A model generated the notes under the pieces. That model was given only the letters and a program-made list of their open reading frames with translations. It had not been told where the DNA came from and did no database searches. This document shows positions 13,409 to 24,800 of a stretch of 64,000 nt of DNA, piece by piece (the stretch's first letter is position 1; the number at the start of each line of letters is the position of its first letter). The translations under genes and the position numbers were made by a program. Origin of the DNA: Raillietiella orientalis. Taxonomy: Eukaryota. Location: the NCBI GenBank assembly GCA_036172245.1, contig JAYWIR010000097.1:124001-188000 (forward strand), in the 5' to 3' direction.

Positions 13409-15535
13409 CTGTAAAAGTACATTCTAATTTTAGACACAAAACAAAAATCATTCAGAACATATGCCAAAACTTTCACATGAAATATGAAATTTTCCTTTCA
13501 GAATTTAAACTTCTTTTACCAAATGCCAAACCAACTTAAGAGAAACATTTTACTGCATACAAGTGTACTTTCAAATGCATGTAATTACAACTTAGAATAT
13601 ATCCGATTCAAATCTTGCATAATTTGCTGTATTTTAACTTGCTAGAATACTAATCATCGAGACAAATCAGTGGCATTACAAGTAACATTTTCCTAATTCC
13701 AAAGATGAATCGAAAACATTTTCTAGACTTCCTCTTTCAAACTTCTTGCTTAAGAAGGCAAAATTATATTCTAATACTTTAAAAGTGCTTGAGCACACTC
13801 TGCAAGAAAATTTCTTCTACTTAGAAACTGGCATTCAAAACTTTTACTGAATTTAAACATCAACATAACTGTGATCAAGGCAAAAAAGGACTGTTTTGTT
13901 TAATTGGAAAAAATAACTTACCAAAAATCCCATAGAAAGAGAATTGAATGCCTTTGTAAGATGGCACACATTTCTCTAAATAACTGCAACAGCATAATTC
14001 CCAGGTATGTGCACAACAATGAAATACACTGCCTGAGTACACTTTCTGTTTGGAGAACATATAGCATTTTTAGGCTAAAAAAATTGGGACAATAGATCAA
14101 TTAACACATAAATAAGAAATGCAATAGATAAATAAAAATCCGTTCATCAAAAAATTTTTCGAATTTCTAATGATGTATGCCGCAGAACATTCCCTTTCAC
14201 GAAATATCGAATCTCATGCATTTTAAATCATAATCTGGGATATAATTTAGTACTGAAATGAAGAACCTTGCCCACAAAGATTGCTACAATTGGTTATAGG
14301 CTATCAATGGAGGCATTATGATTTCTCTGTACAGGAAAACCAACTGCTACATACAGACAAAAGTTTTTAAATCAGAGATGTTCAGTGAAACCTTACTTAT
14401 TGCTGAGATAATCAGCAAAAAGTGAAGTGCACTGAAAAGGCAATTTGTATTTTAAATCTATTTTAAGTGTGTTTTGAAACTGTGTATTCAATCATGTTGT
14501 GCTAACAATTCATTTCACAGATGCATGCATACTCAGAATCTTATTTGGACCAAATCTGTACATATGAATAACCGACACAAGTACACAGGGTAAATAAATT
14601 AGTATCCTAACAAGTTACAAAAGGCAATTATAAAGTCCACAGTCTCTACAAAAAAAAAATAAACGAACTTTTATGAATGAATAATGTAAAAACTAAAACT
14701 TCTAGCAATAACTATTTTGCTTGAAAACAATATAAACACTTCACAGTTGTTATTAAATGTAATTTTAATGTGAAATATCAAAATTTTGGAAATTATTTCG
14801 AGCAATTTTTATTACACAATTAAAAAAAAGCATAAAAAATTCGCACACTCTGCTTACACACAAAATTACTTTTATGCAATCAAAAAATACTCCGGCAATA
14901 TTTACAAAAAGATTACCTGATTTACTTATAAATAATAGTGACTGCAATGTCAAGAACTGTCAAGACCATCAAGTGGAAACTCCTAAATTAGAAACCACTG
15001 CAAACTACAAATAAGCTTGATTTCTTTTCCTCAAAACTCAAGACTTAATTTATTTAAAAAAGGCGAAACAATTAACATTTCAAAGCAATTATCGAGATAT
15101 TCTCTTTTCCAGGATGCGATTTTCCACTTATACCAACACTATTTCAAGCGCAGGGACATGTTTTCCTGCAGAGACTTAAAATGGAGTTATGTAATGAAGA
15201 ATTTTACATCAAATTGAGCAAAAGTCCCTACTAAAATTTGTCAATACTCCAGTTTATAAATATAAACCTGAACATGGAATCAGAAAAAACGAAACCTTTA
15301 CATTTCTAAACAGCCAGTAAAAACACAATCAATTCTAATCAAATGCTCAAACTACAAAAATTTTTTGTTGAAATGTGAAGCAATCTTCACAAATAAAAAC
15401 GAGCTTTATACTATATAGAAATATCCAAAATGACAGTTTTAGAGTTACAAACTAACAGTAGAATCACTAAAATATAAAACACTGATTTATTGAAAGGCAA
15501 CAAAACATAAGAACCTAGGTGAGTAATTTACTGAC

Positions 15536-15597
15536 AAACTGTCAATAATTATAAGATTACACATGTACATGTGTAATCTTATAATTATTGACAGTTT
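15536..15597. repeat. Perfect 62-bp spacerless palindrome
   Basis: AAACTGTCAATAATTATAAGATTACACATGT|ACATGTGTAATCTTATAATTATTGACAGTTT; the arms are exact reverse complements. Confidence 0.95.
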
Positions 15598-17449
15598 TAA
15601 GCTTTTGAAAAAAAAACTCGAAAATTACCAAATAAATGGTATATAATTCATAATAATTTTGAATTTTGCTCACAGATTTCGCTTATGTCATAAGAGAATT
15701 CCGTGAACCAATGCAATTGATTTTTCAAACTAATGCAATGAAAACCTTAATTAATATAAGGCCAGAAAGAATCTTGCCAAAATTGTCAAATAAACCACTG
15801 AATTACACCAGATACTGCAACATGATATGGACACAGTTTAAATCTGATCCAAAATGTGATACGCTCATCGATAATGATTGTAATGTGAATACTTTACCAA
15901 ATACAACCATGTGTTACATGAAATCTAGAAACGGAATGGATTAACTAAATTAACAACTTACTTGTGCTTCACATGATTTGCAACACTTTTAATATGAGTA
16001 TAAATTACCTCATATTGATTCTTAAGTGAAAACATAATTTCAAAACACCACCTGGAACTCCAACAATTCAATCGTCAACGTGACACATCAAGCAAACCAC
16101 AACTAACTGTATCACATCAAACATACAGCATCATGGAAAAACAAACTACTATATATAAAAATTATTAGAACCACAGAAGTAAAAGATATATCTAAGTTAT
16201 TCCGGATTTCTTTGACATCGATGAACGTTCAATAGTGAACAGAAATGAAAAACACATCACAAAACTTTATGTTATCTGTAAAAATTCCTCGACGACAAAG
16301 CTTTTTAAACCCGAAAGTTAACTGAAAAATGCTACAGAATTGTTCAACAACTGCCACAATCTTAACACACAACAATAGAAAATAAACTGCAACCTGTGCA
16401 TATCCTTCTACAAATTAACACCACATCTTAACATATGAATGAATTATGTACAAAGAACAATAAACAGAAAACTCAGTTACAAATTCCGGTCATTATGAAT
16501 TAAGTGTTCTTGAAAGGGCAACAAAATGCAATGTGCTGGAGATCATACTGTGACAGAAAGGCTGGCTAGTGCCTTTATTTCCATAAGCAACCGAGTCTTT
16601 TTTCGCCTCTTTGGAACGAAAAATTGAAAGCGAAAATTGCCTGGCAACGCAAGCAAGTTCTGAAATTAGCAAACGCGAATTAAACCACGAATCTTGCTGA
16701 CACCTTATTTTGTACACATGCACAGTTAATAGTACATCCATTAAGAGGCAAATTCAGACTATACGACCTTCTTAATCAAATCAACTTGCATCATAAATTT
16801 CAACATGATAATCCAGCACATTGAGTACATAGTCATGTGTCGTATGAACGTGAAAAGCAAAAAACTGCATGTACTGTGACTCAAAATGGGTGCCAAAGTG
16901 TTCAGGGATCGTACAAATTTCAAATTACAAACCGTGAGGTCGGAATGTTTCCGATGGGACATCCCACAACGGTGAAGCTCGATGTCAAAGGATGCAACCA
17001 TTCGCGGTGACGCCACCAGTTTCACGCATACCAAGAACGAATCGCGTACAGTAGTACCCCAAGTTTGTAACTCGCCAATCCCATTTGAAAGAAGAAGCAG
17101 CCATTATCACGGTCAAACTCTTAATTCTAGAATCTGTAGACTGATTTCATTGCCAATTTGTTTTACCTTTAGGGTACACCATTCTAAGTGCAAAAAACTA
17201 CATTCCCTTTCTTTGCATCGATTCAATGTTCATTGTTTTTGAATGTTCCGGATTCTTCCGCTTACAAACAATTATTTTCATGAGTATTAACTTTTCACGT
17301 AGATGTCCAAGATAATTAGATGCTATTATTATTAGATGCTTCAATAAAATTCATCTTTTGCACATTCATTACTTTTTTAAAAAAACACTATTTCTAAAAA
17401 ATCATTTGGCAATTTAGAAAGTGTATTTAAAAACCATTTGCATACATTC

Positions 17450-17482
17450 TTAACATCTAATAATAAAATTATTAGATGTTAA
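17450..17482. repeat. Inverted repeat, 15-bp perfect arms, 3-nt loop
   Basis: TTAACATCTAATAAT-AAA-ATTATTAGATGTTAA. Confidence 0.9.
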
Positions 17483-19189
17483 CAAAACCACTCAGTAAAC
17501 CTAACAATCCTATCTAATCCATGTCCATAAAATAAATATTTCGTTTAGGACATATGTAATGAAAGTTTAGACAACAAGACTAATGGTTCCGAAGGTATGA
17601 ATGATAAAATTGATATAACCATCAGTGATGTACCTAAGCGAAAAGCATTTCACAGGAAAAAGACAGTCGAGTGATAAATGAAAACCCTTTATTTTTTCAA
17701 ACTGGAAAGAGAGGCCCAAGAGATTCACTTCCAACTGATTCAAAGGGAAAAGACAGACAAAATAATAAGGGTAAGCAGATACAAACTGCGTTATATTATT
17801 GATCACAAAAATAAGAAGTAAAGAATATGAAGACTTAAAGAAGGATGGTCCGAAGAAAAGGGAGCTAACGAAAAGAAGTTATGAAATATTAAAAAAAACA
17901 AAAAGCAAAATATAAGAAACCTAAGAAAGCATGATCCAAGAAAAAGCTGAAACGAAGTAGAGTTGAGAAGCTGTTTGGAATTTTGAGTTTTAGATTTCTA
18001 GCACGCTTCGTTACCTGGTGTTACAAAATGTTTTTATCGTGCATCCTGTCGCATGCTAACTGAAATCTTTCGCTCATGTAATCATGTAAATCAGAGAGCA
18101 ATAAAATCATTATAGTTCCTTTCCGTATTCCCTAAAAGATGCAGATTTTGTAGGCAGGTACGTATGCATATAATAGGCAGTCTGTCAAATTTTGTTTTAG
18201 AGAATTCTCAGCTAACATTAGTTTTGTTAGGTATATAAGTTACCAGAAAGCTAGTTTCGCGTACTCGTAAATTCCAAGAAAAATATATCTCGTGTACTCT
18301 TGGGCTGAGAAATACGATTTATTAAGCATTTTGAAATTGAGTTTTCTTTTATGCACTTCTACCCCCGGGGCAGAGCCGTTTCTGCCTTCTAGTTCGGCCG
18401 CCGGAGGATGGCAGGTTCCTCAGGTTCCAGATGAAAGGAGACTCTCTAAGGTGAGCGCAAAAAGGTCTGAGAGTGAGTATCCTGCAGCCACCGTTCGGTG
18501 CAGATTTTCGTGGTACTTGCAAACACTCCAGGGAGATCCTGGACGTCTGGTGTGGAGGAGCATTCGGTGCCCTTTGAGCATGGTTCAGTCGATCCTAAGT
18601 TCCACTAATACTTGATTGCCAACATGAAAACTTGTGTAATCCAAGAAAGCTCATGTAAGCTAGAAATTCTGTTTCGTGAAAAAAAAAAAAAAAATGTAAA
18701 ACTTTTCTTGCAAGAAACAGAACTGAAACTTCATTTCAATGTAACTGCATCGTAATAACATGGCGGACGCATGAAAATGGTCTCAGAATGAAGTAATTCA
18801 TAAAGTTTGAATATGCAACACGCGTTTGTAGTATGCAATTCGTTTTATCGGAGTGAATGTGGGCAGCAATTCCACGCGTGACGATTTATCTGCAGAAATT
18901 CTGTTTTCAGAAAATTATGAGGGATCTAAGTTTATAGTTTGGGGTGTGTAATATAAAAGAATCCCTTTGAGTGCCGCCCTGTGTTGGAAGAAAATCCAGT
19001 CTCGGTACCTTACACGTACAGAATGTAGATTGTATATTTGGAAGCAATACGAAATTCAGATGAAAGTGAATCTGAAAACAAATGTTTCCTACAGCGGGAG
19101 AGAAGTGCCGTTGCGTTCAGTGTGCAGCACGGAACGGTAGTCGATGGAAATCCTTGGGTTCTTCTTTGTCTTCTGTCTTCACTGTTTTT

Positions 19190-20134
19190 CTTTCTTTTTC
19201 GTTTTTTTTTAAGAATTTTCTTTTTTTTTTTGGTTCGCTAAGTACCTCAGAGCCGGTCTCACGTGGCTCTTTTAAACACACTGTTTTGTTTCCACGCCCC
19301 TCCACCCGCGGCAACCCGCAGGAGGGCGTCTAATTCTTCAGGATAGGGGCACTCTGGGATGGGGGTCCGCCCTATGAGTCTAGGAAGGACTCGGAGTCCG
19401 TTCCTCTCACTCTTGGGGAGGAATCCTCCCGGACGGTTGGGATCGCACCTCCCACCCTGGTTGTCTCCGAAGGGTAACCCCGAAGGGAATCTCCTTCCTC
19501 ATTCTCTACGGAGGGACACCCCCTGGGAGGGGGTGGTCCTCTCCATTTCAACTTCTCCGAAGGGAACCCGGAAAGGATCCGCTAGTAGGAATTTCTTCTC
19601 CGGAGGGAACCCGCAAGGGAACCGCTCCTGTTCACTCCTCTGAAGAGAACCCCGAAGGGACGCTTCCGAAACTCAGAAGGGGCGCTGCAGCTTCCCGCAG
19701 GGAATTGCTCTCGCTGGCTTCCTTGCACTCTGTGAAGAGGCGACGACTCAGAGGGTCCCCCCCGCAACGGGGAGGGTCCGCTCCTTTGAACAACTACAGA
19801 GGTGCCCGTGAGTGCTCCTTCTCCATCTTGAAACCGGAGGGGTCCCTGGGGGGAGGGTTCCGCTCTCCGTTGTACGACCGGAGGGGGAAATCCCCACTCC
19901 TTCATTCCTGGGAAGACCCGAAGGTCAATTTTCAATTGTTCCGGCCTTCATCGGGAGCCTCCGGCTTAATCCACCGCCGGTGCCACGCCCGAATGTCTCG
20001 GCCAACCAGCGCCATTGCAGGAGAAACTCGGAACTCGACGACGCAGTGGCGTCAGAGTTTCTGCTGAAGTATTCGAACCCGCGACGCATGGTGCCACACG
20101 CGGAAGCCTTAACCACAAGGCCTCCGACGCGGGC
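19190..20134 (-). mobile_element. Long tRNA-headed SINE-like element with internal GC hairpin-repeat array and A-rich tail
   Basis: The minus strand starts GCCCGCGTCGGAGGCCTTGTGGTTAAGGCTTCC (A-box-like) and has B-box GGTTCGAATAC at 20079-20069. An A-rich tail appears as T runs on + at ~19190-19232. A homologous copy lies at 45976-46492. Confidence 0.65.
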
Positions 20135-20499
20135 TGGTACCCCCCGCGGTCAGCATGCATTGCAGTGGTCATTCCCACTTGCTAACGCGACCTAGTGTTC
20201 CCCGTTAACACTCGTGCAACTACTGAAATAGATCAACACTGGAAACATGGAGAACGCGACACTTGCCTCGATGATAGTGATATATTTTGGTTCAGTGAAA
20301 GATAGCTGATTAGCTTATGGAGCCAGTGTAGGACTTCGAATGGGTAAAAAAAAAAAAACTCCCTTTTCCGACGAAGTTGCTCATTTCTCAGAGGCTACTG
20401 ATTACACATTTTTTCCCGATATATTGTATGCATATTTTGGGATGGGTTTGAAAAAGAGCATTATCACCTTCGAGTTAGGTGTTGAAGATCATAATCGCA

Positions 20500-21100
20500 G
20501 TAACAGCCTTCTGTAGGCTCTTTTTTGGGATATTTGAAATCGTACGTGCATCACTAGCATCGCTGAGCAGGACATCCATTCAGCAAATCCATGGATGCAT
20601 GAACTGCAGCCTTTTAACTGGTTTTTCTCTCTCTCTCTCTGATGAATTTTGCTTCAAGGTATCGGTTTTTGAGGCTTTGGGTGAGTCACCTTATCCTCTT
20701 GAACCCAAGATGCTCCTGTTCTTCAGGTTAGTCAAACCATGCACAAGTAACAACCTGCGGATGTTTCCGACTGCAAGTTCTGCTCCCGAATTTGCTCTGC
20801 ATTTCGAAAATTCAGGACTATCTCCTGCAGATTACCAGTTCATGATTCACATCTAGTTAGGCAACTTCCCTCCCTCGTCTCTCTCAGAAGTTGTCCTCTC
20901 CAGGAGGATCGAAAAGTGTGTGTGTTTATGTAGAGTTCATATCCAAATGTGCGGGAGCTTTCTTCACAAGAAGCATGAACACTCGGTCTTTCACACCAAC
21001 GGCAATTGCTGAAATGTCATGTAAGACGATCCAGCTTCCCAAATATGTTCTCATACGCAATGATAAGGTGCATTTAGACATTTTCCATCAAGTTCACTTC
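20500..21100 (-). mobile_element. Highly decayed pogo/Tigger DDE_1-like transposase fragment
   Basis: Minus-strand MRTYLGSWIVLHDISAIAVGVKDRVFMLLVKKAPAHLD resembles the DDE_1 'xxLLLLDNAPAH' motif; the rest is unrecognisable. Confidence 0.3.
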
Positions 21101-21881
21101 GGACCCTGAGAGCAACCAAGGAATTGGTTGTTTTTGGAGCCAAGCGAGACGTAAATGAGAGGCTGTTTTTCAAAAATCGATGGAAATACGTTTTTTTTTT
21201 TTTTTTCTTGCATTTTGATTTTTATTTCTCATTTCGAGTTTGATTTGCCATTCACGGGATTTGCTTTGTGCTCACTGCTTTGCTGCCATATTTACTGAAA
21301 TCAACACGACTCTCACTTTTCACTTGTTTTTCATTCTCCTTTTTATTTTATTTAATGCATCGTCGGGCTTCGAGTAAAAAAATTTCGATGCAGACCAAAA
21401 GACTTTTTTGTGCATAGAATTCTCACTACCGAAACAGTTCCAATCGGAAAGCAAATTTTCAAGTTTTTACGGAAAGCAAAAAGATAACAAATTAAGATAA
21501 AAATGAATTGCGGAAGCTTGAAATTCCTTCAGCCACATCAGCTTGGAGATCCCTCTATCCTGCATCGTTCCTTCTGAAAAAAAGAAAAGAAAAGAAAAAG
21601 CATAACAATTTTTGGATGTTTAGTGGAATATTCTGTTTTGTAAAATGCAGAAAATTCCTTTTTGATCATAATCTATGTCGGAAATCAGTGTTCAGCTCTT
21701 TTATGATATAACCTATCAGCAATGGTTCATCTTGGTGTTCGAAATTGGGATTCGTTTGTGCTTGCATATGTTTTATTAGCAACATACCGGAAATCAAGCA
21801 ATCTAAATTCACTTAATAATTGCTGCAATTCATTCGCAAACTGAACTGAACAAGAGAATTTCCATTTTCCTTAGTGACCTG

Positions 21882-24800
21882 CTACGAATCTTCGCTCAGA
21901 GCGTTCAAAGTTTTACACACACACAAACCCAGTGCTGTGTGTACCTTGTTCAACTGTTTAATTATTCTGTTCTGAAATAAAGCAACACCTGAATGGCTGA
22001 TCAATTTTCTAAACACCAACCTGAAGATGAGGATTTGTCTTGACCAGGTGCTCTGCTATGTTATAAGCAAGTCTTTCATGACCTTTGGCACAGAGAACTT
22101 TATTATAAAAAATCCTGGCTTGAAAGTAATCGTCTCCGTATTTGTTTGACCTGCGTGCAGAAAAGGAAAATGCAATGCATATTGGAATTGAATTCTTTTT
22201 TAATGTGTGCTCTTTTTAATGCCTTTTTTTTTTTTTAATGTACTCTAGCATGGCTTACGGATTCATTAAGGCAGGAAATACTTAACATTTACACCACAGA
22301 GAACAGTAGCAAAATATCACGGCTCCAGAGAATCTGACAGCTTTAATTCAGAATCTATTCGCTCTTTTTGACGTCCCCATCCACCGAATTCTTTAGTTAA
22401 TATATACGAAAGAAATGTGCAGTAAGAGAAACGTCTGTAGAAGAGAAGCATCTGTGTTCATTGAGTCGTTTGGCTGACATTGGATCGGTTTGATACGAGT
22501 TTTCCTGGACAACATCCTCCATACTACCATTTCTCAAAGGTGGCAACTGCAAAACCGCAAATGTACTTCGAGACTATGTTTCTCTTCTTCATCACGATAA
22601 ATACGCTAGAAGCCTTGTAAGCACAAGTTTGCGAGCGACAGCCCAAGACACAATCAGGATTCGCTCTTTTGAGGTAGGGAAATTTTGTCCCATTTGAGAG
22701 AATGCGTGATCGCCAGATGACAGCTGCAATGCAGAATTCAATTCAGAATAAGATTCATACTATCTGTTGTGTTGCATATAACTGACTTGAAAGACGTTGC
22801 CTTCTTCACTAAGATTCAGCTCAATCTTGCATCTTCTTTCGCCATCTTGAAGAGAAGTAAAGAAGGCAACATGAGGAACTGGTGATTTTGTTTTTCCTTT
22901 CAAATCTATGTTAGCCTATCGAATTGACGACATCGAGTTTGCTCCGGTGGTTTTGGTGGCTAGTTTTTCATTAAAACAGCAAGAACCTCATAACTTGAAT
23001 TTGTTTCAAGCAATCCATTATGCATTCTACTCTTGTGATAAGCTACTTTGCATTGGTTATCAACGTTTCCTTGTGGATCTTGGAAATTGTCAGATTGCCT
23101 TGATAATGTGGTCAAACGTAAATTTCGAGAATTGGAACTCTTTAATCTTTGCCTTCCAATTTATGAACTGCGAGTCCAAATCGTAATAACCACAGCACCT
23201 AAAAGAAGTGCAGCGAAGAGAAACCGAGCATCCTTGGCTGTCTTAAGAAGTAAAAAGTGAAAGCACTATAAAAGAATGAAGTAGAGGGAAGGATGGAAGG
23301 CACGGTCTACAGCAAAAAAGATACGAATTTCAACATGCACGAAGTGCGGAGGATTTATGGAGACTTATCGTGACGTCTCGAGCTTTCAGTTAAGCTTCAT
23401 GGGTTGTTTAGTCTCAGTGACTACATATGAAAAAAATGAATCAGTTTAAAACAAAATGTTCCTTCACAAGAGTACAGTACTGCACACGAATGTAGCACAC
23501 TGAAAAGGGATGTATCCTCAGAAGACAACTGCTTCTGAAGTAAGGGTGCATTAATACGTGCTCATCTTTCAGTTGCCTCTGCTTAGACAGAATCGGAAAA
23601 CAACTCGAGAGGTTCACTTGGTTAGATGTTCAATGTGCTTCGATATCGCTTTGAATCAAATTCTTCATTTGCAGATGGAAAAATTCCTTCCGAGTTGTTG
23701 ACCTTTTTCATTTTTTTCAACCGGTAGTGAATTGGTATGCATGTTTGCTACGAATAATGTGCAAGTGGGCTAACATGTCGGACCACTTCGTGGCGTTCAG
23801 TCCACAAATCGCTTTGCCACGTTCTCAAAAATTGCTTTCATAAGACTTTCAATCACTCACATTCGGGGCGGTTCTCGTCGAAAACACTCCGAGATTTACA
23901 TGAGTCCAGTTAATGATGTGTACATGCAATAGCAAACTGAGGAAACAATTGTATGGGCAAATTGTATTGGTTTCTTATGGAACGAACGGAATTTCAGATT
24001 TCTCTGAGATAGCGGTAATACTCACATATTTTAGATAGCCCTAATCTTCGAAGGAATTGGAAAGGAACCAAGAGAATGAAGTGCTTTTCCCAAGTCCTAC
24101 AGACTACAAAAAATATCTTCCAAGTATTCTGATCATGGACACAGTTCGCTGTGTCAACGTTAGTATATTTAAAGAAACTTTTGACTCTGTGTGATCTTCC
24201 ATTCCTCATTCTTTGGCTTTTCAAATCTCCTATGTATAAACTCCTTGTTTGCTGCCGTGCTTAGATATTTGCGTTTAGGAATTGTACCGACTTTGAGAAT
24301 GATGGCAGTTAACATTTTTCTCCAAGATATGACGGAAGAAGAACTTACACGTGCAACACCATCATTTCTGAGTTTCGTTTGGACATAATGTATTCTCACT
24401 GGGCATGTCTTCATCTCATAATTGAAGCCATGTTTGAAATTCCATGCGGAAAAGAGGCAATGTATCTTTGATGCTATGAATTATGGTAGTCCAATAAAAC
24501 AACGAGCAGCATAGGTAAAATGACTTGAAAATCATGCTGTCGTGCAAGTCGAACGCTGATGACTGTTTCGGTTCCTAAGAAATTTCTCTGGCAAGGAGCA
24601 ATGACGCCTATTTTCGGAAGTCATGCTCGACAAGCTTGCTAGGTGTCGTTTTCTCCCACTAACAGAAGTATTAAGTGAGGTGCTGTCATCAGTAAGAAAA
24701 TAATCCTCTGAAAGGACAGAGTGCGCCCCTTCAGGATTTTCGATGAGACTGCTTCTGAGACGTCGAAGGTAAGAAAGCCAACACCGTGCCTGCTGCTATA

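Noticed and set aside
18455..18600. RNase P RNA (AAGGTCTGAGA) or 28S rRNA R2-site-like GACTCTCTAAGGT
   Set aside because: No downstream TTCAGACT partner for P4 and no P1 closure; the rRNA similarity is ~15 nt with no flanking match.
19290..19930. CRISPR-like array
   Set aside because: Units are too divergent, with no constant repeat/unique spacer pattern, eukaryotic context and no cas genes.
20060..20134. Functional tRNA gene
   Set aside because: A/B boxes are present but there is no complete cloverleaf or terminator; it continues into a repeated body, so it is treated as a SINE head.
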